A DNA stretch of 63,323 bases from a virus. Lineage: Duplodnaviria; Caudoviricetes. The position numbers and the translations under genes are program-made. The notes under the pieces are model-generated. The model saw only the letters and a program-made list of their open reading frames with translations, had not been told where the DNA came from and made no database searches. The DNA lies in IMG/VR virus record IMGVR_UViG_3300023284_000199, positions 1 to 63,323 of that record. The stretch is one strand, 5' to 3'. Below are positions 1-8,128 of the stretch, in pieces; the first letter of the stretch is position 1, and each line of letters opens with the position of its first letter.

Positions 1-27
1 CGTGGATTAGTATACTTGTAATGATCA

Positions 28-369
28 TCAACCATCGTCTTCTTCATCCGAGGGATCAAAATCGACAATCAGTTTAATGACCCTGCCATCTTTATTACGC
101 TCGATATAAACCGGATATGAACCGTCTCCGTAGCCTGTTTGAACTATGGCAGCAGCAGGCATGTTAGAACCTTCAGCTTGATACGTTGTCGTACCCTTGT
201 TAGGTCCAACTTCCATTTTTCTCAATACCTGATCACAGAATTCATACCAAGTACCTTTGAAATGATCGGTGTTATCCGCAGTCATGAAATAGCAGGGATC
301 ACCTACAATCATACAGCCTGCATCAACAGGTAACTCTGCTATCTTTTCCAAAACTGGAACCCGCCACAT
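28..369 (-). CDS. DUF4241-like hypothetical early protein
   Basis: 113 aa; motifs VDAGCMIVGDPCY and TGYGDGSYPVY typical of DUF4241-like proteins. Confidence 0.55.
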   Translation of the reverse strand: MWRVPVLEKIAELPVDAGCMIVGDPCYFMTADNTDHFKGTWYEFCDQVLRKMEVGPNKGTTTYQAEGSNMPAAAIVQTGYGDGSYPVYIERNKDGRVIKLIVDFDPSDEEDDG

Positions 370-370
370 A

Positions 371-781
371 TCAGTTACTCCTTATCCAATACATTTCACC
401 ATCATAAGCAATCGAGCAATAGTCCTGCTTTAACTGTTCGGCAGCTTGACACCAATCGATAGCCGTGTAAGGCCAATGTTCCTCGATTACATAAATATCT
501 TTTGCCATATCTTCGGCGTATTCAGTGAAATAATCTTCGGAGATAACTGACTCTCCATGATGAAAATCAGAACTGTAAGACTCAGCTTCTTCGACAAACT
601 CATTCAGAGCTTCTAACTCTTCGTATTCCTCGAAAAGATCGGTTTCGGTTCCATCATCATCATCAACCCAAAATTCGATTTCACCATCTGTACGAAAAGG
701 CGTATGATCAGCAAATAAATCCTTTAAATCCTCAACTCGCTCAAGGATATCTCGACTGTCAATCATATCTCCGAATTCCAT
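371..781 (-). CDS. acidic ArdA-like antirestriction/DNA-mimic protein (C-terminal-domain-like)
   Basis: 136 aa, very D/E-rich; C-terminal EYAEDMAKDI..WPYTAIDW..AAEQLKQDY..DGEMYWIR resembles the ArdA C-terminal domain. Confidence 0.5.
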   Translation of the reverse strand: MEFGDMIDSRDILERVEDLKDLFADHTPFRTDGEIEFWVDDDDGTETDLFEEYEELEALNEFVEEAESYSSDFHHGESVISEDYFTEYAEDMAKDIYVIEEHWPYTAIDWCQAAEQLKQDYCSIAYDGEMYWIRSN

Positions 782-782
782 C

Positions 783-992
783 TTATATCTCCCTGACCTT
801 TACTTTGCCACTCCAACCATATTTTTCAAGCCTTACATGCTTAACCGTATCAAACATAATCACCACCACTGCATCATGAATAACTTCAAAACCGAATTTC
901 TCATAATGAGCAATAGCTTTTTTCATACTTTTGAATTCGGTAAGCATGTTAGCTACAATCCTTTTATCTCTAGTTGGCCGCGATTTTTCCAT
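783..992 (-). CDS. hypothetical protein
   Basis: The track's TTG start at 1082 is a TTGACA promoter element; ATG at 992 (MEKSRPT) is more plausible. Confidence 0.5.
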   Translation of the reverse strand: MEKSRPTRDKRIVANMLTEFKSMKKAIAHYEKFGFEVIHDAVVVIMFDTVKHVRLEKYGWSGKVKVREI

Positions 993-1053
993 TGTTCCAC
1001 AGCTAAGTAAACTCCGCCAACTCCTATGTTTTCCCGCCGCCACGTTAGCTTTA

Positions 1054-1082
1054 CAAATAGGGGGTATTACCTCTAATGTCAA
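1054..1082 (-). promoter_or_regulatory. sigma70-like promoter
   Basis: TTGACA-17nt-TATTTG on minus strand; shares 16-bp AATGTCAAGAACTAAT with the promoter at 1337-1365. Confidence 0.45.
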
Positions 1083-1085
1083 GAA

Positions 1086-1313
1086 CTAATTTTGAAAATG
1101 ACTCATCCGAGTCTGATATCGCAAAAAGTTCTGTACCTGACCGAGAAAAATTACCGCGTTAGCATCTCTCACATAATGCTTCTTTCGCTCAATCATCTTA
1201 TCGGCTTCACGCATGGCTTGCCTTTTGCTAACCGTTGAATCCGATACCAAACTATCAACTAAACCAAACAAATCGAAAGCTTGATTCGTCGTAGTCTCTT
1301 TGGCACTATACAT
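1086..1313 (-). CDS. hypothetical protein
   Basis: 75 aa ORF with AGGAAGG SD. Confidence 0.65.
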   Translation of the reverse strand: MYSAKETTTNQAFDLFGLVDSLVSDSTVSKRQAMREADKMIERKKHYVRDANAVIFLGQVQNFLRYQTRMSHFQN

Positions 1314-1336
1314 AGTTCACCTTCCTTTCTAAAAAC

Positions 1337-1365
1337 AATATGAACTAGATTGCCTTCAATGTCAA
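1337..1365 (-). promoter_or_regulatory. sigma70-like promoter
   Basis: TTGACA-17nt-CATATT on minus strand. Confidence 0.55.
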
Positions 1366-1522
1366 GAACTAATCTCTCTTGGTTCTATCATATTTACTAG
1401 TGTCATCCAATTTCGTCGGATAATCCCTGCCATCATCTTTAAATGTGACCACCCAAGCATATATCAGCATACAAATACCACCACCAATAAAACCACTTAT
1501 GAATCCGAGAAAGAATAGCATC

Positions 1523-1687
1523 TCAATTCCCTTTGAAGCGCCAGTGATCCGGCCCGATGGTTATGAACAAGGTATCCTCGCTCTTGTCACGAACCACCCT
1601 AGCTTGACCTTTGGTGTAGAAGTACCCGAGGTCTTTACGCACTGTGCCATCGTCTGTACGCAGCGTAAACAGCTTCAAACCCTTCAT
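1523..1687 (-). CDS. small hypothetical protein (54 aa, below track cutoff)
   Basis: Read by hand: MKGLKLFTLRTDDG...IGPDHWRFKGN; AAGGA SD; directly follows the 1691 ORF. Confidence 0.55.
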   Translation of the reverse strand: MKGLKLFTLRTDDGTVRKDLGYFYTKGQARVVRDKSEDTLFITIGPDHWRFKGN

Positions 1688-1690
1688 GGT

Positions 1691-2059
1691 CTAATCCTTC
1701 CATCGCTTGTACTGATTTTCAATACGCTTTGCAATCTGTTCGAAGGTCTTCCCGCTATCGTTCATGTTAGCTAACGTGTTTTGATCGAACATAGGCTGAT
1801 TCTTACGGTGGTTCTTACTAGTGTGAAGCAATCCATGTTTTTCGAAAAACTTCTGAGTCAACATGTCACTTTTTGCCACCGACCTAATTGCATTATCACC
1901 GACGATTTCACGAAGAACACCCAAGCAACAATGCCTGACAGAGTTCGTCTTTCGATTGTCAACTTTACGAAGCTTTGCCTTACCTTGAACAAACTTGCCC
2001 GACCTCAAAGCTTCCACCCAATCGATTAGCAACGCCTTACCTGTTTTGTTCGTCTTCAT
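1691..2059 (-). CDS. hypothetical phage protein
   Basis: WVEALRSGKFVQG...HCCLGVL...LANMND.G.TFEQIA pattern common in phage early proteins; AAAGGAG SD before ATG 2059. Confidence 0.7.
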   Translation of the reverse strand: MKTNKTGKALLIDWVEALRSGKFVQGKAKLRKVDNRKTNSVRHCCLGVLREIVGDNAIRSVAKSDMLTQKFFEKHGLLHTSKNHRKNQPMFDQNTLANMNDSGKTFEQIAKRIENQYKRWKD

Positions 2060-2123
2060 AGTCCTGACTCCTTTCAAAAGTCTGTCGTCTGTAATTTATT
2101 ATCGTAGGAATTAAATGGTAGCA

Positions 2124-2402
2124 TCACACCCCATACCTTTCATTTTCAAGCATGTATTCAGCTTCAGTTTGTAAAGTACATGCGACAAATATAGGATCAA
2201 TAACACCATTGTCAACAAGTTCTTTGATAAAATTACCAAAAGCTTGGTCAACAACATCCATTTTTCTTCGGATTTCATCTATCTCAGGTCTGCTATTTTC
2301 TACAGTCTCATGTACAAAATCAGCAAATTCTGATTTAGTAAAACCCGATATTTTAGACTCGGTGTTATCTACCACCAACTTTATCTTATTATTTGGATTC
2401 AT
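2124..2402 (-). CDS. hypothetical protein
   Basis: 92 aa; GGAGG SD; 4-nt overlap with upstream gene. Confidence 0.65.
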   Translation of the reverse strand: MNPNNKIKLVVDNTESKISGFTKSEFADFVHETVENSRPEIDEIRRKMDVVDQAFGNFIKELVDNGVIDPIFVACTLQTEAEYMLENERYGV

Positions 2403-2734
2403 ACCCCGCCCTCCTTTGGATTCATACCCCGGTTCTCTTTTTCAGCCTCTAACTCTGTGATTCGTTCCTCTAACTTTTCGTTTTCCCTATTTAATTCCTT
2501 TATGTATTGTTCTTTTTCTTTCATCTCTTCTTCCATCGAATCAACATCATCAACCATACTACCCATTTCTTGCTCATGATCTTCTTTGGACACATATTCA
2601 CCATTATCTATGTCAGTTTCCAATGCCAAAAGTTTACGCGCCATATCACACAGGACCGAGACAACATCACTCACACAAACCCAATCATATGTCCGCTCAA
2701 AATCATCAATCTCGTAATCTCTCAAATCATCCAT
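2399..2734 (-). CDS. acidic coiled-coil hypothetical protein
   Basis: 111 aa, E/D-rich heptad C-terminus; AAAGGA SD. Confidence 0.65.
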   Translation of the reverse strand: MDDLRDYEIDDFERTYDWVCVSDVVSVLCDMARKLLALETDIDNGEYVSKEDHEQEMGSMVDDVDSMEEEMKEKEQYIKELNRENEKLEERITELEAEKENRGMNPKEGGV

Positions 2735-2951
2735 GTTGAGTTATCCTTTCAATGAGCCTTAGTGATATTCACGGTGGCTCCATCATCAATAAGAATTTGA
2801 ACCTCTTCTGCGGATAAATACGCCCCAATATAGGGGTCTAAAGAGTTTTGTACTTTCGTCACACTAAATGGATGTCTCGACCGGGATGTTTGGTTCAACC
2901 ATACTATAATCTTTGGGCTTGTCATCAGTCTGTCTCCCTTTCGCTTTCCAA

Positions 2952-2980
2952 TACATAGGGCAGCTTACATACACTGTCAA
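2952..2980 (-). promoter_or_regulatory. leftward sigma70-like promoter with a GGGCAGCTT motif in its spacer
   Basis: TTGACA at 2980-2975, 17-nt spacer containing the repeat motif, weak -10. Confidence 0.4.
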
Positions 2981-3150
2981 GGAAAAAATCGCTAAACGAA
3001 AATAAAAAAAAATTCGGGGCAGCTTACTTACAAGGCGGGGCAGCTTCATTACACGCTTCCCAAATATATTGGGGCAGCTTACCTACACGCTTCCCAAATA
3101 TATTGGGGCAGCTTACCTACACGCTCGGGCAGCTTGCCTACACGCATGTT
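2958..3150 (+). repeat. array of six GGGCAGCTTnnnTACA direct repeats, including a 34-bp tandem duplication
   Basis: Copies at 2958, 3016, 3037, 3071, 3105 and 3127; ACACGCTTCCCAAATATATTGGGGCAGCTTACCT x2 at 3051-3118. Confidence 0.9.
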
Positions 3151-3207
3151 CCCGTTCTGTTCTTCGTTCCCGATTTGTTCCCGTTTCGTTCTGTTCACGT
3201 TCTGTTC
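3148..3207 (+). promoter_or_regulatory. array 1 of alphaproteobacterial LexA boxes (GTTC-N7-GTTC), 5 boxes
   Basis: GTTC pairs 11 nt apart: 3148/3159, 3166/3177, 3177/3188, 3188/3199, 3193/3204. Confidence 0.7.
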
Positions 3208-3342
3208 TTTTGAGATGATACAGTTAAGACTCATGACTATTTTCGATGTGTGACATTTTTGCCGAAAGAACAAAACGAGACCTCCCGGCAATTTTGGTTG
3301 TGCCAATCGCCAGAAAATACCCGCAAAAATCGTAGTCAATAG

Positions 3343-3355
3343 AATCAATAGGTTA
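3343..3355 (+). promoter_or_regulatory. IHF consensus site
   Basis: AATCAATAGGTTA matches WATCAANNNNTTR. Confidence 0.45.
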
Positions 3356-3519
3356 GCGGATTCCAGATCTGAGATTCCGAATAGCTGGCGACTTTTACAA
3401 CTTATTGAATCGTTGACAATTTTAGCCTCGCTTGTCCCTGCTGATGCCTGCCAGCTATGCCGACACCTAGCGCAACCGGAATCGCCTTGTGCAGCCTTCC
3501 TAGCGCGTCCTAGAAACAG

Positions 3520-3553
3520 AAAAAGGACTCTTGCCATTGCTGGCGTGAGTCCT
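3520..3553 (-). terminator. intrinsic terminator of the leftward AAA-ATPase operon
   Basis: AGGACTC..GCCA/TGGC..GAGTCCT hairpin next to an A-run (U-run on minus strand). Confidence 0.55.
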
Positions 3554-3636
3554 GTTCCTTGTCCTATTACTGTTGGCGCGATCATGCTGGCTTGTGTTGG
3601 TTCTCCTTCCTTCGGCTGTTGGTCTGTTGGCCGTTT

Positions 3637-3969
3637 CTATGCCCGACTCATATCCATCGCAACGGCGCGCATTTCAGACGCCATCGCATAGACCGACTCT
3701 GCCGGTTCAATGGTGCCAGTTTCAAAGGCGATGAATCCAGACTTACCGACAATGCCTGCCGCGATAATCTGATTCAAGCCTGCGTCTTTCCAGACTTCAT
3801 GCCCGACTTCGAATCTGTCTTGACCGGTTGTTTCATCGTGCCAGAGTCGGACTCGGATTCCACCTTCCCATGAAGCTACAACGGCTCCGATATTGGTTGC
3901 CTTATGCCCGCGTGCTGTTGCATTGGTTTGTCGGGCAGATTCGTCAATTTGAGCGTAAAAGTGACTCAT
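3637..3969 (-). CDS. hypothetical phage protein
   Basis: 110 aa, starts MSHFYAQI..ATARGHK; AAGGA SD. Confidence 0.75.
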   Translation of the reverse strand: MSHFYAQIDESARQTNATARGHKATNIGAVVASWEGGIRVRLWHDETTGQDRFEVGHEVWKDAGLNQIIAAGIVGKSGFIAFETGTIEPAESVYAMASEMRAVAMDMSRA

Positions 3970-3984
3970 GATATTAGTCCTTCC

Positions 3985-4176
3985 TTATAGGTTGATTTTC
4001 GCAACTCGCATAGATTCACAAGTCGCCTGAATCACATTCGAGATATTGCGGTAGGATTCCATTTTCGCTATGCAATCCTCGACACCATAGAAATCGGATT
4101 GATAGGATTCGACAACTGGACTCGCATCAGAGTCATACGAGAGAATCCAGACTGTTAGAATTATCAATTTTAGCAT
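3985..4176 (-). CDS. small protein with N-terminal hydrophobic segment
   Basis: 63 aa; MLKLIILTVWIL; two Cys; GGGAG SD. Confidence 0.6.
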   Translation of the reverse strand: MLKLIILTVWILSYDSDASPVVESYQSDFYGVEDCIAKMESYRNISNVIQATCESMRVAKINL

Positions 4177-4214
4177 GTTCTAATCTCCCGATTTAGCTTG
4201 CCAGGATTAACAAG

Positions 4215-4256
4215 CTAGGAAGGCGAGTCAGACCGGAGTCCGACTCGCTAACCTAG
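4215..4256. repeat. intergenic hairpin built from GANTC sites
   Basis: CTAGG..GCGAGTC.GAC-CGGA-GTC.GACTCGC..CCTAG inverted repeat. Confidence 0.6.
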
Positions 4257-4260
4257 ATAG

Positions 4261-4545
4261 TCAAGCCGCTATCGTTCTGCCGCGTGCTGGCTTCCTAGCC
4301 CTCCGTGGATCGGTTGCAGGATCGATGAAAACATAAACCGCGCCATCGAATTCGACTCGGCCTTCTTTTGCGCGCCGCTCATAATTCGGAAAATAGTGAT
4401 CACAAAACATTGAATCAGGTAATTGATTCTCCTTCTCCCATCGCCCGCACATTTGACGGCCACGGATTGAATCAACCACAAAAGCGCAAGTTTCACAATT
4501 CGGATTCGCGACTGGCTTGGTTTTCAATTTTGATAGGTCAGACAT
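4261..4545 (-). CDS. hypothetical Cys-containing protein
   Basis: 94 aa; CxxC...C..H; GAGGAG SD. Confidence 0.65.
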   Translation of the reverse strand: MSDLSKLKTKPVANPNCETCAFVVDSIRGRQMCGRWEKENQLPDSMFCDHYFPNYERRAKEGRVEFDGAVYVFIDPATDPRRARKPARGRTIAA

Positions 4546-4556
4546 AACAGACTCCT

Positions 4557-5402
4557 CTAATTTAGATAATTGGTGAAAACTTTACGCATATTATCTAGCG
4601 ATGATTCAATGGTTTTGAATCCCTTGTATCGAATCATAGGGACATGAATCACAGATTCATTATCCGGTTCGCTAGGGGTATCGCGGCAATCGCCGTAACC
4701 CGGATACCATCGAGTCGCGTGCTTTGCGTCCTGCTCCAATAATCTGAAATGAAGCATGCGCAAAACCGAGGGATGCGCCAGAATATAAGAGAACCGATCT
4801 AGTTCAAGAAACATACCAGGACTCTTGATAGGAAACTCTTGGCGGATATGTGTACCATCGTTTCCAGCCGTATCGATGTATCCGACTAACTCTATTTGGT
4901 ATCCCGCAGTTTCTAGGGCATCGATCATAGAAACTAGAGCGATGCCACGGTTAACGATGGTGTTATGTTTCACCATTCCCGCAACAGTTAGATTCGCCTC
5001 GATTTTCAAGATAGGCAAAACTGGAGAATTTACTTCTGAAAATGCGAGCATGGATTCTGGATTGCCGATTAGAAAATCAGGGACAGAAGGGACGAATCCA
5101 ACAATCGCATTTTCTAAGACTCGGATAGGTTTCGAATCTGTCAAATGCTTGGCTATATCTAAGCCTTGTCTAATCTTTGCCGTTCCTTCTGGCCAACCAT
5201 AGCGCGCAAGCTTCATAGCATCAGCAAACGAACGAATCCCTTCACCGAACCATTCCGGCGGATGACCTGAAATATTCAGAGTCGACATATGCTCATTAGC
5301 CGATTTTGACGGTTGCTCGCATTGATCAAGAAAAGCATCGAAACTTGGCCACGTTTCCATTTTAGGTTTACCGTTCACTTTCCTTTTCCTACGTCTTGCC
5401 AT
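4557..5402 (-). CDS. VWA-like partner of the MoxR AAA+ ATPase
   Basis: 281 aa, coupled to the ATPase; GFVPSVPDFLIGNPESM, RGIALVSMIDALE..G, LAHPSVLR segments; no canonical MIDAS. Confidence 0.55.
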   Translation of the reverse strand: MARRRKRKVNGKPKMETWPSFDAFLDQCEQPSKSANEHMSTLNISGHPPEWFGEGIRSFADAMKLARYGWPEGTAKIRQGLDIAKHLTDSKPIRVLENAIVGFVPSVPDFLIGNPESMLAFSEVNSPVLPILKIEANLTVAGMVKHNTIVNRGIALVSMIDALETAGYQIELVGYIDTAGNDGTHIRQEFPIKSPGMFLELDRFSYILAHPSVLRMLHFRLLEQDAKHATRWYPGYGDCRDTPSEPDNESVIHVPMIRYKGFKTIESSLDNMRKVFTNYLN

Positions 5403-6736
5403 TACATCGCCGCCTTGATTTTGCTTATCGTGGCCGAGTCAAGGTTGCGCCAGATTATCAGGTTCTCGACTTCCTTGAATCCCATGCCTTGAACATCGAT
5501 CAGACGCGAACCTTTTTCAGATGCCCTAGGACTCACAAGATGCTTGAGTCCAATGCTGGCGACTGCCTTGCGAGCCGACTGGACATAATCCACCCATTGC
5601 ATGTTCGTTGAAATCGCACGCTCTAACGACTCGTCAATATCGATAGGCAATTGAATAAAGCGGTCTAGAGTCGTTGCGTCCAATTGAACACGACCTACAT
5701 ATTCACGATCTTGGCCGAGTCCCCACGTGTTCGCGCAAGCTATGCACTTGAAGTCTGGGTGTTGCTTCGCCATGCCATTTGCAAAAGCACAATAACCGTT
5801 CGCGAGTGCCGCATTGACAGCTAACAAAGCATTGGGCGAACAGCCGTCCATTTCATCGAACACGAATCCGCCGCCTTGCGTGAAAGCACGGTAGAAATCG
5901 GTTTCAATATAGTTCCCGTTCGCGTCCATGTATCCAAAAATAGTAAACTTGGTATCAAAAGCACCTTGTAGATAAAACGGAATCCCTAACGCTTCGAAAG
6001 CTTGGACGGCCATATGTGACTTGCCCGTTCCAGAAGTGCCGACTAGATAAACGTGACTCTCCTGTAGAAGCTTAATCAATCGCGGCAATTCATGGTGAGT
6101 GAATCCTTCGACTGCCCGAGTCTCGCCATCACTTTCGACATGGACAACAGTAGGGGTCGGCGCGGAATGTTCCAGAATAAGGCGAACCGCTTGTGATTCC
6201 GTAAGTCCATGTTCTCCGATTAATTCGACAACTCGCGACTCGTCTAGATCAGCCGTTGTGTTTGCCGCTTCTGCTATTGCCCGGATTGCATCTTCCAAAA
6301 CGCTACCGTTGCCACCTGTAGGCTTCACTGGCGCGGATTCCGCAAGTTCTGATGCGTCCCTATCATCTAATACGGTAGCCAGCGTATCACCTTCCCTGAT
6401 GCTTTGATCAAATTCAGTACTTGTGACAACTTCATCGTTAATTGTTGCGATTGCAGAGTCATTACCGAAAGCAGACTCGCCAGTTTGCGCGGATTCTGTC
6501 CATTGGTAATTCTCAATAGTGAATCCCTGATCTACAAAATTCTTCCTAACTTTGACAAAATATCGACGATGATTCCACATTTTCGAAAGAGTCGTATGTC
6601 TCATTTTCTCGACTCGGTCGTCCGGGAATCCCAATTCTTTAGCCCATAACCTCGCTATATCAATGTTGTCATAATCGATGACCGTCTGACCATGTTCGCC
6701 TAGTAGGTCTTGATAATCTCTCGATAAAGTAAGCAT
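5402..6736 (-). CDS. MoxR/CbbQ-type AAA+ ATPase
   Basis: Walker A GTSGTGKS, Walker B FVFDEMD, sensor CANT, arginine finger LDATTLDRF; long N-terminal extension. Confidence 0.9.
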   Translation of the reverse strand: MLTLSRDYQDLLGEHGQTVIDYDNIDIARLWAKELGFPDDRVEKMRHTTLSKMWNHRRYFVKVRKNFVDQGFTIENYQWTESAQTGESAFGNDSAIATINDEVVTSTEFDQSIREGDTLATVLDDRDASELAESAPVKPTGGNGSVLEDAIRAIAEAANTTADLDESRVVELIGEHGLTESQAVRLILEHSAPTPTVVHVESDGETRAVEGFTHHELPRLIKLLQESHVYLVGTSGTGKSHMAVQAFEALGIPFYLQGAFDTKFTIFGYMDANGNYIETDFYRAFTQGGGFVFDEMDGCSPNALLAVNAALANGYCAFANGMAKQHPDFKCIACANTWGLGQDREYVGRVQLDATTLDRFIQLPIDIDESLERAISTNMQWVDYVQSARKAVASIGLKHLVSPRASEKGSRLIDVQGMGFKEVENLIIWRNLDSATISKIKAAM

Positions 6737-6886
6737 TTTCTAATGTCCTTTGATAGGGGTTGTAAGGCGTCTTATAGATGACGCAATAGGACATAGACCA
6801 TAGATAGGAAAATGAGTCAATAGAAGAAAAGACTCTTATTGCATGAATCGTGCCAAGTGAGGCAATCTAGGGATTCTGTAGTGATA

Positions 6887-7070
6887 CCTATATTACCTAT
6901 ATACTGGCGCATTATATAGGTATATAGGTAGGCTAAGCGGTTGATTCTAAAGAGATAATCGCTGCTCCTATATGCCTATATGGGATTGTGAAAATGTTGA
7001 AATATAGGAAGGGTGATTTATTGTTTAGAATCAATTACTTAGATTATCCTATATGCCTATATTACCTATA
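6887..7070. repeat. cluster of 10 CCTATA/TATAGG hexamers in direct and inverted orientation with two IHF consensus sites
   Basis: CCTATA at 6887, 6896, 6967, 6975, 7048, 7056, 7065; TATAGG at 6915, 6923, 7003; IHF matches 6934-6946 (-) and 7029-7041 (+). Confidence 0.75.
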
Positions 7071-7387
7071 CTAAAGAAGAGTCTTTCGCTTAGACTACAG
7101 ACTCATAGTGACTCGTTTCAGGATAATAGGTTGGATCTTGGACAGTGAATCGGGGTGATGTTAGGGGCAAAATTGACCACATCTGCCAAGCCTGAAATGG
7201 ACAGAAAATCACAAGACCCTTGCAATTGGGTTAAATATCCCCACATAATAAGACACTTGGACACAAAAACCCTTAAAAGGGGATAGAAAATAGCTAATTT
7301 GGTGGGTTTCTTGCTTCCCGTTGGATTTGGTATCCTTAGAATGTACCTAATAGTTAGCGAAATTCTTGAAAAAATCTCAATTTAATT

Positions 7388-7426
7388 GCAGCTTCAATAC
7401 AAGAGTTAGAGCAGCTTCAATACAAG
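7388..7426 (+). repeat. GCAGCTTCAATACAAG direct repeat x2 (variant of the GGGCAGCTT motif)
   Basis: Copies at 7388 and 7411. Confidence 0.85.
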
Positions 7427-7427
7427 A

Positions 7428-7535
7428 GGTCTGTTCTCCGTTCTCGGTCTGTTCTCCGTTCTCGGTCTGTTCTCCGTTCTCGGTCTGTTCTCCGTTCTCG
7501 GTCTGTTCTCCGTTCTCGGTCTGTTCTCCGTTCTC
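7428..7535 (+). repeat. 18-bp tandem repeat x6 (GGTCTGTTCTCCGTTCTC); LexA-box array 2
   Basis: Perfect tandem copies; each of 5 junctions forms GTTC-TCGGTCT-GTTC. Confidence 0.95.
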
Positions 7536-7628
7536 GGTCGGCCTCTGGCCTCGTGGGCTGTCGCTGGTCGGCCTCTGGCCTCGTGGGCTGTCGCTGGTCG
7601 GCCTCTGGCCTCGTGGGCTGTCGCTGGT
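7536..7628 (+). repeat. 30-bp GC-rich tandem repeat x3 (GGTCGGCCTCTGGCCTCGTGGGCTGTCGCT)
   Basis: Perfect tandem copies directly after the 18-bp array. Confidence 0.95.
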
Positions 7629-7632
7629 TGAT

Positions 7633-7815
7633 TCAATAGCCTAGATAATTCATCACGGCCTTCGAGGTGGCGGGAATAAATTCGAACTCATAAAAAGATT
7701 CGACTTTTCCGTCTTCGCGCCTTTTGGTGAACCACGTTTTGACTAAAATGTTGTTATGCTGACCTATGCAGCATTTTACTCCGTGGCGTTCCAAGCAGTT
7801 GATAAGTGCGTTCAT
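7633..7815 (-). CDS. hypothetical protein
   Basis: 60 aa, AAGGA SD, ends ..VMNYLGY; upstream TTGAAA-17-CATATC promoter-like sequence at 7876. Confidence 0.65.
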   Translation of the reverse strand: MNALINCLERHGVKCCIGQHNNILVKTWFTKRREDGKVESFYEFEFIPATSKAVMNYLGY

Positions 7816-7919
7816 TGGTCTGTTTCCTTGTGTTGCTCTATGACTTAGATATGGGCCACGTCTGTTGCGTTTTCAATAGTCCTGGCAGAAAAAGCTCAGA
7901 ACGTGATAAATGTGTCACA

Positions 7920-7979
7920 GTTCACCTTTTGTTCCCCTAAGCCGGTCCCGCGAGAACAAAAGGTGAACAAACCATGAAC
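7920..7979. promoter_or_regulatory. LexA-box array 3 (inverted pair plus one chained box)
   Basis: GTTCACCTTTTGTTC (7920-7934) and its perfect inverse GAACAAAAGGTGAAC (7954-7968), plus GAACAAACCATGAAC (7965-7979). Confidence 0.7.
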
Positions 7980-8128
7980 ATTGGGCAGCTTGCTAATATA
8001 CTGTTGATATATCAGTGTGACATAAATACAATGCATAAATATCACTGTGATATAAATGTCACACTCTTGATATCTAGCTGAAATCTGACTGATATATCAC
8101 TAGTGTATCGTTGCATAAATGTCACATA

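Noticed and set aside
2958-3150. GGGCAGCTT repeats as a mini-CRISPR array
   Set aside because: Spacers are short, irregular and partly duplicated; repeats are degenerate; no cas genes are present
2864-3691. Track ORFs 2864-3049, 3079-3585 and 3413-3691
   Set aside because: They translate repeat and motif DNA, lack SD sites and do not look like real proteins
7366-7644. Repeat-peptide ORFs (VCSPFS)n and (RPRTEN)n
   Set aside because: Open only because the units are multiples of 3 without stops; no convincing RBS. The minus-strand ORF overlaps the 7633 stop by ATGA, so it is not fully excluded
8046-8063. CRP or Rex box
   Set aside because: Spacing is TGTGA-N8-TCACA, not N6
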